This document shows, in pieces, positions 24,301 through 35,486 of a stretch of DNA of 64,000 nucleotides. The position numbers and the translations under genes are program-made. The notes under the pieces are model-generated. The model did no database searches. It was given only the letters and a program-made list of their open reading frames with translations, and was not told where the DNA came from. The stretch covers positions 12,154,001 through 12,218,000 of the forward strand of contig OZ076409.1 in NCBI GenBank assembly GCA_964187785.1. Reading direction: 5' to 3'. This stretch comes from Amphiscolops sp. MND2022 (taxonomy: Eukaryota). Numbering within the stretch: position 1 is the stretch's first letter; each line of letters opens with the position of its first letter.

Positions 24301-25834
24301 TCGGGTAGGTCTCTTTGGCTACCCTCTTGGCTTCCTGTAATGCACTTCCGGTGAGGGCTTTCGCAGAGCGGTCGAATAAAGGCACCCCCGGTATCTCTAA
24401 TCTGATGCGGTGTTCTTTGATTAAATGCGAATCAGTTTTGAAATGTGAGAGCAATTCAAGAACTCCTCTACTCATGAGCGATAACTCCACCCTGCATACC
24501 CGGCACCACCACTTATAAGGCGTCTTCTGTCGGTCTATCGGTCCGGTGGCGAAGAATTTCAGAACTGGGTGCTTACGCATCATGTGGGGTTTTAAGGAGT
24601 ATTTAGGCCTACGCCGTTTACCACTTGGGGCTGGCACATCTTCACAACTTGATTGAGTCATGGGCTCGTCCGGATCTCGAGCCGTTGTTTCCCTTACGGG
24701 TCCTTTGTCTGGAGAGACCGGCGGGTCTTCAATCACACTGAATGTAAAATTGTTGGTGGAAGCCGGATCAGGATCGTTCAACACTGTCTGAGGGATTCTT
24801 CCCAAAATACTGGTGATAGCTAGAACCTCTCGTCTGGTAATAACCGTTTTCGGGGGACCATCAGAGCTCGATCCTTGGATTTCATCAGGGACTGGTGTAT
24901 CCCTAAGCGGATTTTCCGGAGTTGACTCACTAAGCGGAATTCCGCACCCGTTCATCTGAGAGGTTCCTGGTGCATGATCTGTCTCCTCCACTCGTTTGAG
25001 AAAAGAAGAAAATCTGGGTGAAGTAGTGTGATAACTGTTCAAAGCTTCAGCAGCTTCAGTGACATCTTGTAAAAAGGGATCATTGACTGCCATTGATGAT
25101 AAATTGGACAACAACGGACTTACGTCACAAGCAGGGTCTTGCGGAGCACCTCCCTTCTCTGTCTCAGTCGTTTCCTGGATGACGAGTACCTTTGGAGATA
25201 AGGATGCGTCTAAATTATCTACAATCATTTGCTCTATCCCGTCATCATTCCGAGTTGTGGGTTGCTCAGGTAGTTCGTCCAATCTAGGAGACTCTACAGT
25301 AGTTTGGGAGGTCAAGACAGGAGTAGTTTCCGAAGTAGATTGAACAGGTTGTGGAGGATTCTCTGATTTAATTGCAGCAACTTCAAGCGGAATATATACT
25401 TTAGTAGGGGATCTAGCCGGCGACTTCTGCGTAGATCCGAAATCAACTGAAACAAATTGATTTAATGTCAATTTGGATAAAATTCGTTGATGAGCGAAAC
25501 TAATCCTACGGAACAACTGAAACCGGACGCGGTGTAAGGAAGTTTCAAAATTGGGCGGAAGTAGCTCAAGATCAAACCGGATGTAGAAATACTCCAAAAG
25601 AAATTTGAAAATTGCTTTTCATCATGAATAAACCAGTTTTCACTGAGTAGCCTGGCCAGCTATTCAAATTAAAATTCGTTTCTGATCAGAAAACTCTCAA
25701 ATCTCAAATCACAAACTAAACAATAAATGGAACGTACCAGGAGAAGTTGAAGTTGGCGATTTGTAGCCCCAATTTGCAAGCTCTTTCCGGAGGGTTTGTT
25801 GTCCTCTTGATTTTCTGCGATTAGGGGAATCCAT
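21354..25834 (-). CDS. Antisense five-exon accessory gene of Gypsy B: predicted 1115-aa BED-finger / hAT-transposase-derived protein. Exons 25834-25738, 25446-24068, 23999-23313, 23236-23155, 22456-21354
   Basis: Four GT-AG introns (donors GTACGT, GTGAGT, GTTTGT, GTTAGT; pyrimidine-rich YAG acceptors), with phases 1,0,0,1 matching at both ends. The 3348-nt spliced frame has no internal stop and links three separate ORF-track ORFs. Confidence 0.8.
22546..22912 (+). repeat. 32-bp-phased array of the same 16-bp motif in intron 4 of the antisense gene
   Basis: Motif starts at 22546, 22578, 22610, 22642, 22674, 22706; then 22800, 22832, 22864, 22897. Confidence 0.88.
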
Positions 25835-27249
25835 TTGCAGCGGAAATGAGGAGTAAAGTGAGCAGATAACAAATTGAATTGAATTTGTGAAGCAGTTTTA
25901 GCAGATGGGAATAAAGATTGGATCAGAATTGGAATTGGAAATGACAATAACTTTGACTGAAACTGATATGAAATACAAAGAAGACTACTAGAATAACCTG
26001 TACTAGAAAATTCAAACAAATTGCAATAACAATTGAAGGCGTGGCGTAAAAACGAAAGGCAAAAGAGTAAATGAATACTGAAATTTGCGCACTAATGCAG
26101 AAAATACTCAAATCTGATTGGTCAGTTAATTACCGTCCATTACTGCCAGAATGGACGAATACGTAATTATCGAACTTAACGACCGGTCAACGATGCGGAC
26201 TTCATGAATGGCCCTCATGCGGCATGGAGAGGAATTTCACCACTGTCTATGCGGCAGTATACGAAAACGACTTTATCAATAATGCGACAGTATGCGGAAA
26301 TTTGTAACCGCATATGCGGCAGAATACTGAAAGCCACCACCACACCTGCCGCAGTATGCGGAAATCCACAACCGCACGTGCGGCAGAATACTGAAAGTTA
26401 CCAATACACATACGGCACTATGCGGAAAATTACAACCGCGTGGGCGGTATAGTACAGCTTGACGACCTAACTATGTCTACATGTTTTAAAGGACATACAC
26501 GACTTAACTTCAACTTCTTACGATGCTGTGATGTTCAGTAGCTAACACTAGCTATTGAATATGCGAGAGTGATGATCTATTAACAGAATACATTTTTATG
26601 CATGCCAATTCAGACAAACCGAAAGAAAATGAAAAATAAACTAGATCTGATGCTCTTCTACCTTTTTGAGATATAACGCACTTTTCAAGTGCGGGACTCG
26701 AAACAAAACTTTGATGAACTACGGATAAATGTGATATTTCACAAAATTTAAATTTTCAGTCTTGAAAAACTTCATTCATAAATATAAACCTCGGTCATGT
26801 AAACCTAGATATGTATATCAATTTTCACTTCATTTCTCCATCAATGGGAGTTATTAGTCATGAAATCCTTTCAAGTTAGTTTAGTTATGATTTTGTTTTT
26901 ATCTCATTAAAATGGTTCAACACTGTCAAGCGTCTTGTGTGAAGATGAGATTCTCCCTGAAAACTGAAGAAACACCTTAAATGGTAGATGTTTATATCAA
27001 ATTAAAAGGAAACTTGATAATTTTCGCGGATTCAACAAGTTCTATCACAGAAAAGACCCTATAAGGAAAACGAAAACCCTGAAATCATGACACTCAGTTT
27101 TTCCGCGGGGTTTTATTATAAGCGAAAGAAACGGAAAAGACAATCACCATATGGTCTTTTGATTCGCCCAAAAGCAGTAACTTCAACTAAAACGAAAACT
27201 ACCTCCAAACCTTACCTGAGGAAATCATCCTACAACATAAGAAGAGAAC
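25835..27249. promoter_or_regulatory. Putative bidirectional internal promoter region of Gypsy B
   Basis: Non-coding interval between divergent ATGs (25834 minus, 27250 plus); contains an ATTGG/CCAAT box near 26117 and the phased array. Inferred from layout only. Confidence 0.45.
26217..26457 (+). repeat. 32-bp-phased array of the same 16-bp motif between the two divergent accessory genes
   Basis: Motif starts at 26217, 26249, 26282, 26314, 26346, 26378, 26410, 26442. Confidence 0.88.
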
Positions 27250-28305
27250 ATGAATAACCTGCAATTTACCCTTGAAGATAGCCCTTTGCTCTCAATTCAA
27301 TCTCCTGGGATTGTAGATATATCAAGCGATTCAGGAGAAGAATTTGTCGTTCATCCGAATGATCTGTCCGACGTAGAGGAAAGGTTCAGGGTTGGTGGAC
27401 CGAGATCGGATATGTTGACGGCATTCGTGGGCGCAACTTCGGCAGCACTTTTCACATCCGGACCAGAAGACCCCTCAATTGTTGAGACAATTGACACTGC
27501 TGGGACACAAATTGAGCGCCAGATGATGGAAATCATCGAAGAGCATCAATTCAGTAGAGGGTCTTCATCAACTTCATTCATTGATACGGAACTGGAAGAC
27601 TCACCCATGTCGCCATGGGAGTCGGCCGAACCTTCGGCACGACCTGTAAACAGCTACGGGAGGCCAGCTGCGGCAATCCTCCCTACACCAAGAAGCAACA
27701 ACCACGAAACGACAGTGGTTAATAGACCCATTCCTACTTACCCGCCTAATTTTGCAAACACTTACCCGATTTATCAACCCCAACAAATCACTGATCCTAG
27801 ACATCAAGCAGATCGCCCTCTCAATGGTATCCAACCAAGGACATTGGGTAACAGTGGGGCCTTCTCCGCTAACCCTAATGGTTTGCCTATATATAGTAAT
27901 GCACCAATAATGATCCAGATACCTCCCCATGAAGAAAGTGCCCATGTTTCACAATTGATTACTGGGCCTAATGCTGGACCCTCTCCTCACTTTCCGTTCC
28001 AAGCGGGACATAGCACAAACCTACTACTCTTGCCCTTTCAAGAAAGACTGCAATATTGACTTCTGCCCCCCGTGATGCCAAACGTCGCTGGATTTTGCGA
28101 TTGGTGTGGTAAATGCTATGATTTGATAGCATTGGAGACGCTGGGAGAGTACCTTATTGCAACCGCTTATGACGGGGAGACGGTCAGGGACAGAGGTGTC
28201 AGATCCCGTGCCTTTATAGATGGGTTCGAGGCTGCACTGTTCTCCTTTAAAGGTGCGGGACTGTCGCAGCCTCATGGGTGCTCTGGGCCTGTTCTGCAAG
28301 AGTAA
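27250..28305 (+). CDS. Accessory ORF3 of Gypsy B, unknown function; one in-frame TGA at 28057-28059; ends inside the 3' LTR
   Basis: ORFs 27250-28059 and 28072-28305 are the same frame separated by a single TGA. S/P-rich N-terminus; C-terminal GFCDWCGKC motif. Confidence 0.6.
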
Positions 28306-29889
28306 AAAAGGAAAACAAAGAAGCAGCCTGAAAGACAAACTCAATTTGATGAAACTCAATAAACTGCCTTCCCCCCTTTTATTTCTTTGCTTTTATTGTC
28401 TCGTTGTTTACCCTAACCAACGAATTAAGTCATGTAAATATTTATTTTATAGTTTCTTTGGTTGAATTGTGGAAGCCAGATGCGAATTAAGACATGTTGA
28501 CTAAGTTTTCTTAACTTTTCACCCTAGTTATTACTTGAAATATTGAGTTGTTTAGTTGAATTTAGGCCATAATCTCTGAATGGAACAATGATTAATCTAA
28601 ACGTGACTTTTCAAATCAATGAGTATGCGTCACAGTACGAAAATGTGAAAATGAATACACTTCATCATGCTGTTTGTAATTAATAATTATGCACCATCAT
28701 ACGGAAAATTTCTAACGCATATACTGCAATATGCGGATTTTAACCACCGCTTATGCGGCACCATGCGGAAAACAGTAATTTCCTTCATACATTGTCACAG
28801 TGATATTTACACGTCACTATGCGGAAAATCGCCGGCGCTTATGCGTCAATATGCGGTTTTCCGCGTTTTTCATCATACGGTGTTATATCATTATTGCATT
28901 GTGATTATTCGTTGATATGCGGAAATTTAAGACCGTATATACGTCATTATGCAGTTTTCCAGGGTTTTTGCTGTAGCTGTACAATACTTGTTTCTGCTTG
29001 TCATGCAATGTATATTTAGAGTTATAAATAGAATTACGACACATAATGTAATCGTTTTCATAGAATATGAAGACCATGACACCCATAAAAACGGGTGTAA
29101 TCCCCACCATTTTTTCCTTGTGCTCAGGACCTTAGACCCCAATCATTCTTTGAAATAACTCTCGCTGAAAACAGTTGATAAAACCCACACTCCAAACCGT
29201 TGTAAAAGCAGTTTCTCATAATCAACAGTTGTCTCATTTTTCCAATTTGTTTTGTTGAAAATCTCAGCTGAATTCAATTTCTTCCCCAGCAAACCCAACA
29301 CATTTTCACTTGAGAACAATGGGAAATAAGAGAAACAGAAGATCTAGAAGGCATGAAACACCTTCACCTGAGCGAGAATTGAGTGAAACACAAGTAGAAA
29401 CGCCAATGCAAGGTAATGAAACTTTGACTAATGTTAGTACTGTTATTCAGGAACCTTTAGGTGAAAACGAGAACAGATCTAGTCTGATAGAACCTAGTCA
29501 AATCAGTAACGAAATCCAAGTTTGGACAGAGAACTTTGAACAAAAGAACAAGGACAGGATAATGAAAATGAGAGAAGAGATGGAGAACAAATTTGACGCA
29601 ATTTTGAAAGAAATAAGAACAAGCAAAACAACATCAACAATAACAAATCCCAGATCTGAAATTAATGGAATGCAAAACTCTCAACCTTCGGGATCCAAAA
29701 GTATTAGGTCTAATGGAGTTCACGCATCAAACATAGAAAACTCAGATACTGAAAATGAGGATGATCATCCCCTCAGAGCCTCTGACATGAGAGAATTAAG
29801 GAATCCTGCTAGACCACTTTGTCAAAATGAACCGAACTTAGACGAAACCATAATATCAGAAAGAGACTCCGAGGAGGAGGATTATCACA
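28262..29889 (+). repeat. 3' LTR of Gypsy B (1628 bp), including a copy of the phased array (~28625-28954)
   Basis: Direct repeat of 13541-15170, followed by TSD GTGAC. Confidence 0.97.
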
Positions 29890-30077
29890 GTGACGACCTC
29901 GGAATATCTCATTCATACAGAACTAGCAGAAGAGAAATTGCTACCTTCTATAGTAATGGATGTCATCATTTGTTATGTCACATTGTGGGATGCTACGCGG
30001 TTACAGATTTGCCCTACCCTTGTAAATGTATACTTTGTGGTACAGAGATCATCAATTTGTGGTACAGAGATTCATAA
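29890..30077 (+). pseudogene. C-terminal Cys/His-rich end of LINE ORF2
   Basis: Removing Gypsy B and one TSD copy gives GAA GGT GAC GAC CTC (..MLEGDDLGISH..CHHLLCH..CKCILCG). Confidence 0.8.
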
Positions 30078-31070
30078 AATTTGTGTTTTATGCTGACAAA
30101 GAACATGTTCTAAACAGAATCACAAGAAGGGACCTGAGACTCTACTGTTTTGAAACCATAGAGTAACTTAGATTTAAATTTGTAGACTTTAAAATAAAAA
30201 TTTGTCATGGTTTTTGACGTTTCAATTCAATTCAATTCAATTCAAAAAATACGCGGCTACGTGGCGTTATTGCAAAGCACGATGGTGGTATGTCACCAAC
30301 TTTATTTGAATCATACATAACTATAGCTAAACATCATGAAGTAATCCCTTCTACTACAACACGGGATATGATTGTGATAATAGGGTGAAATACATGCACT
30401 ACTTTTCAATAGGGACGTTGTTGTTAAGGCATATGACGACTAGATATTCTAGTCGTTGATCATTAGAATTTCAATATCATGTAAAAAGTTTTAGTTTGGA
30501 TTTCATCTGGAATTTTGCAATGTGGTGATGTCGACTGTGGCGCTGTTGATTTTTGTAGTCTGACTAGTTTCCGTTGTCTTTTGGTTCTACTTCATTCTGT
30601 GCTGTTGTGTGTTCAACCACGTTGCTTTTTGTTGATTTCCATTTTGGTCAGCTATCACTCTTTAGCGCTGTGTATTTGACGTCATCATTAAATTCCAAAC
30701 ACGCAATCATGCCTCTGACATGACACGAGTATTAGGGTTTTTTGGGAAAATTAGTTATTGGGCATTAGCAAACAGACATTTGGCTGTGGAAACTGTCAGG
30801 CTGATCCATTTTTCTCTCTTGGCTGTGGAGATAATCCGCCTTCGGGTTCTTGTTACTTTTTCTTTTCAAGGGTTCTTTTCAAAAGAGACTCCAACTTTTC
30901 TCGTTTGTAATCATACAAAGCTTTTTATCACTTCAATCAGTAATCAAAAAGTGATAAAAACGCTTTTTTGAGTTTCTGAGCATGTTGGTTGTCAATTTCT
31001 ACATCGTTTTTCCTTCCATCATCAATATATGCTATGATACAACTGCGCAATCAGTCAACTACCGCATGAA

Positions 31071-31180
31071 TTACGAAACGAACTTTCAACCATAAAATTG
31101 GGAAGGTACAATCGATGTTTAGTGATTACAACACATCAATTATATCTCCCTAAGCTTATGGTTGAAAGTTCGTTTCTTAA
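31071..31180. repeat. ~110-bp palindromic mini-MITE
   Basis: GAAACGAACTTTCAACCATAA ... TTATGGTTGAAAGTTCGTTTC perfect 21-bp arms plus an imperfect inner stem. Confidence 0.7.
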
Positions 31181-31349
31181 GGTTTTTAGTCGGCGCTTTT
31201 TGTAGAAAACGCAGACTATAGCACTGATTTTTTCTTTTTTTAAGACCAACGAAGTGACAGATTTTATAAGTTTTATAAGCTGACTTCCACTAACACTAAC
31301 TGCCACACTACTTCTACTGGCACTTCAGATAGAGGTTAATTAGGCTTTT

Positions 31350-31542
31350 TTGAGGTCCCCGTTTACATTTTTCGGTACTATGCGACTTATCGGGAGACCA
31401 AAAAAATTTTTGAAAAAATTTCGATTTTTCAATTTTTTTTTCTCATGCGGGTACTGTAGAAAAGCATACTTGACACTTTGAAGTCCTTTTGCTATTTTTG
31501 AGCCTTAGATATGGCGCCGACTTGGGCCGTTCCCAACTTGTT
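31350..31542 (+). repeat. Dispersed short repeat ending ...GCCGACTTGGGCCGTTCCC..CTTGTT
   Basis: Related 3' ends at ~41050-41090, ~47200-47241 and ~57080-57120. Confidence 0.6.
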
Positions 31543-32952
31543 GTAGTATGCAAATGTTCCAAAGTTCAAACCGTTGTGGTCAAGATATGTACAAAAAATC
31601 GGATGAACAAAAATAAGTGTGTTTAATCGGTGTCATGACTCGACTTTTCCTCCTTTGCAATCTCGACCAGTGCGCCTTTAGCAGTTGCCATTTCAATCGC
31701 TGACAAATTGAATCTTTTGCATTTTCAAAGTTCCCCAACTTCGATGTTAATTTTGGCTAATTGTTCCTAATTCTCCTGAACTAATTTTTCACTAAAATAA
31801 ATTTTGATGAAATAAACAAGTCTAATTGTTAACCTTTTGAATTCCAACCGCGCGTATTGAACATACAATGGGAACAAAGGTGAAATCATTCTGAAATGGT
31901 TTTTCGTAAAAAACAGACAAGAACTTCCTGTCACTTTCATTGAAATGTCTTTTCGTGAATCGTACAAAAAACACCTACAAAACAAAAAGAAACTTTTTAT
32001 TTATTAAACCAATTGGGATCAGTTAGTCAACATTGAAGCAGATCCAAAATACAATAAGCTAACATTGTGGACAGTTAAAAATGGAACGGTTGGAATTGCA
32101 TAGAACAAAATGTCTGTAACCATTTGACGGGGTTGGCTGGTAGTATGTACCCAGTTTTGCGCATTATTTTTGTTTATTTGCTCAGTTTTGCTTCGTGGAC
32201 TTATTCAATTAGTGGGCTTTATCCTATTGGCATGACTTAGGGTAATAATTGTTGACTTCTAAATGACCTCCTTTCTCATGGTCAATAAAACAGAGAATGT
32301 CAAAGCCAATAAAAATGAACTTCAATATGAAAGGTTCCGTTTAAAATTCTGACTCCGTAATCGCTTTTTTCTCACCATGTACTAAAAATGATTGATTTAT
32401 AACTTGAAAATGAGGATGTGTCCATTTCTGATCCAAATTTCACGGTTTCAGTGGTAATAGAATGGTTACACGTCCTTTATGCGGGTTTGACATTGACATT
32501 TAAAGTTATCTATTTTCTTTTGAGAACGGTAGATAGTGCCATGATATCTCGTCGAATCTTAAATGCCCGGATAACCTTGGGAAGTAAATTCGCAACGTCC
32601 TGTATATTTAAAAGGGCAAAAATATACCTGACATATTACTTAAACATCGGAAATGAATCTTTGAACAATGTAACGCGAGAGATATTCTCTTGCTTGTAAA
32701 CCTACAGTCAACTTTCTTTTTAGTATTTTAGTTTGTGTACTCCAAAATAATGCTTACCTGTGGTTTCAATTAAATAAAATAAAATTAAAGACCTGTCAAT
32801 TAACTGGAGCAAATCGAAACTGATTTTAGCTCAATTTTACAGAGGCAAACTTCACAACTAGCTTTCTATCTGGGGGGGGGGTATAGGTAACTTCTTTGCT
32901 ACTTCAGAGATTTGTGTTGCCTAATCAGTTAGGATATGTTAAAAAAGCCTAA

Positions 32953-33198
<246 letters not shown>

Positions 33199-34930
33199 TA
33201 ATGGTTTAAAATGCAAATTGAGATAACTAGATGTGAAAAATAGCAGCGGTGGGTGGCTCTTTTCTGTTCCCCCCAACCACCTTTTTTTCAAATTGGTGAA
33301 AATTTTATAAAGACTTGAATACAAACCAAAAACCTTCAGCTTTAATTCATTTCCAGTGTGACAATTTGGAGTTGATATATAAAATTTGTTCACACTATTT
33401 TTCCTTATGAAGCCCTCCATTTTTGATTAGAAAATTAACAGCTTCCTGTTTTGAGTTACAAAAAAAACATTGAATACGATCAAAATTATTGTTCGAACAA
33501 AACATTTTCACACATTTTCACTAAAAACTATTCCAATATCTTCCTGTTACGAAAGAAGGTTTTACTTTTAATTAGGCTAGTCTGAAATTTTAGCGATGGT
33601 GGTGATCTTCAAATACCAGCATATACGTCTTGTATTCTAGAAATTCGTCAAATTTACTAGAATTTCACATTGCAGGGAAAGACACAAGCGTGAAACAAGT
33701 GTGAAAACAAGTTAGATACTAGCTTACTTTCACACTTTGTAACGGCAAGCAGTGATAGGTCGCTTGACCCGTTAATAGAGGTGGATGAACAAGCGCGGAA
33801 ACGTTAAACGTCCGTCCGGGACTGACCGCTTCGACACACCTGTCCCATTTCCCTCCTGAGGATGCCGGTACCAAGAATGGTGCATCGTCTTCTGGGATGC
33901 TCTCCAACCTTAGTCTGGTTTAATGCCGCTATAAATAACGGGCATACAGCTCGGCTACATGCCGAGGACCCCCGCCTAAGCAGCATCTAGAAACGTGATG
34001 CCGGAAAACCGATAAATTTCCATTAAAAAGAAGCAGCGTAATTTCAAGCAAAGCACCTCTCGAGCATGTAAATCAAAAGACCATCGCTAAAAAAACACAA
34101 CATAACAGCGACATTATGATCTAACGAGTTTTCTGGCGAAAGACCTTCCAGTCCGCAAGCTGGAGCACACTCCGGGCACTTTTGGGGCGATGACTATTCA
34201 ACCAGTATTCGGGTTGTCGATCCTACTACTAATGGGCAAAAAAAATTCATTGTTATGTGCTGGCAAACGCTTTTTTTCTGTAACTCTTTTTTTTTGGTCT
34301 CGCCCACACGCTCGTTTATGGGCTTGTTCGTTCTTTTTTTGCTCGGCTTTCTTTTCTTCTGTTCACACTGTTGGCAGATACTTAGACATGCTCGCTCACC
34401 AGCCAAAGTCTGCTCGTACGAATTGTTCAAAAACTTTCCGGGTGACAATAGGTGCACGTTACAATTGCTTTCATGTTTGGCTTACTCGGCAGTGCGAAAC
34501 TCCTGCATTATCTCTAGATATTTATAAGTAATCCTCTATACCTCCATATATGTATATATATCAACTTTTCTTTTCTTAATTATTATAATGAACAAATACA
34601 ATTTATGATAAAGGAAAATTCTTACAAAAGTTTCATTGATTGTACAAAGTGAGGAAGTTTTAAATATTACATATAATGGACATTGTCATTAGTAGTACCA
34701 ATTTAACAATTGAAAAAATACCTTTCAATCAAAGGAATCATTGGGATATATGCAATTTAATCCCGTTTTGACTTTCGAATCAGCAGTGATTTGGAGGGTC
34801 ATTTTGCATGTAGACTTCCACACAGTAGTTCAGACAGGGTTGGGTTGTTGCGAAGATCGCCAGGCCCAAAATTGACGTCCATCATAAATGGGGTTGTCCG
34901 GCACAAGCAAAAAACAGAAGGAATCTTTGT

Positions 34931-34968
34931 TATATATATATATATATCTATCTATCTATCTATCTATA
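34931..34968. repeat. (TA)n(TCTA)n microsatellite abutting the assembly gap
   Basis: Seen directly. Confidence 0.9.
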
Positions 34969-35168
34969 NNNNNNNNNNNNNNNNNNNNNNNNNNNNNNNN
35001 NNNNNNNNNNNNNNNNNNNNNNNNNNNNNNNNNNNNNNNNNNNNNNNNNNNNNNNNNNNNNNNNNNNNNNNNNNNNNNNNNNNNNNNNNNNNNNNNNNNN
35101 NNNNNNNNNNNNNNNNNNNNNNNNNNNNNNNNNNNNNNNNNNNNNNNNNNNNNNNNNNNNNNNNNNNN
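34969..35168. other. Assembly gap (200 N)
   Basis: Run of N. Confidence 1.
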
Positions 35169-35272
35169 CGTGAGGATAGGGTGTGATATCGAGGATATCG
35201 GAAGAACTGAGGTTGAACTATCTCGCTGCAAAATTTCTCTATCGGACTTGGAGTGAAAGCAGTAAGTGTGTT

Positions 35273-35486
35273 CTAGGGCCACTCAACCCATAGGGTTATC
35301 TAAGTTCCGGTGTATTCGTAGGCCACTCAGCCTGTCGGTGTATTTGTAGGCCACTCAGCCTGTAGGGTTAGTGTATTTGAAGGCCACTGAGCCTGGGTTA
35401 GTGTATTCGTAGGCCACTTAGCCTGTGTTAGTGTATTCGTAGACCACTTAGCCTGTGTTAGTGTATTCGTAGGCCACTTAGCCTGT
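35273..35486. repeat. Minisatellite, ~30-bp unit GTGTATTCGTAGGCCACTYAGCCTGTGTTA, ~7 copies
   Basis: Seen directly; units are adjacent, with no unique spacers. Confidence 0.85.

Larger units (their letters stand above)
13541..29889 (+). mobile_element. Full-length 16,349-bp Gypsy LTR retrotransposon B with accessory genes
   Basis: TG...CA LTRs at 13541-15170 and 28262-29889; 5-bp TSD GTGAC at 13536-13540 and 29890-29894; PBS-like TGG at 15171; gag-pol inside. Confidence 0.97.
10301..30245 (+). mobile_element. Non-LTR retrotransposon (CR1/L2-group LINE), decayed, split by Gypsy B at 13541-29889; 5' boundary approximate
   Basis: ORF1 plus APE-RT ORF2 fragments. ORF2 resumes in frame after the TSD at 29890. 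AATAAA at 30193 and a (TTCAA)5 tail at 30221-30245. Confidence 0.85.

Noticed and set aside
25447..25597. ORF-track start (TTG, MEYFYIRF) of the 525-aa ORF
   Set aside because: Non-ATG start; the segment lies in predicted intron 1, upstream of the acceptor at 25447.
21300..27200. Antisense gene as an independently nested hAT transposon
   Set aside because: No TIRs or 8-bp TSD seen, catalytic residues appear absent, and the region shares its motif arrays with the LTRs. Not fully excluded without other copies.
27250..28305. ORF3 as an env gene
   Set aside because: No signal peptide, furin site or transmembrane helix visible.
34791..35282. ORFs spanning the N run
   Set aside because: Artefacts of the assembly gap.
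35273..35486. 30-bp repeats as CRISPR
   Set aside because: Units are head-to-tail without unique spacers: a minisatellite.
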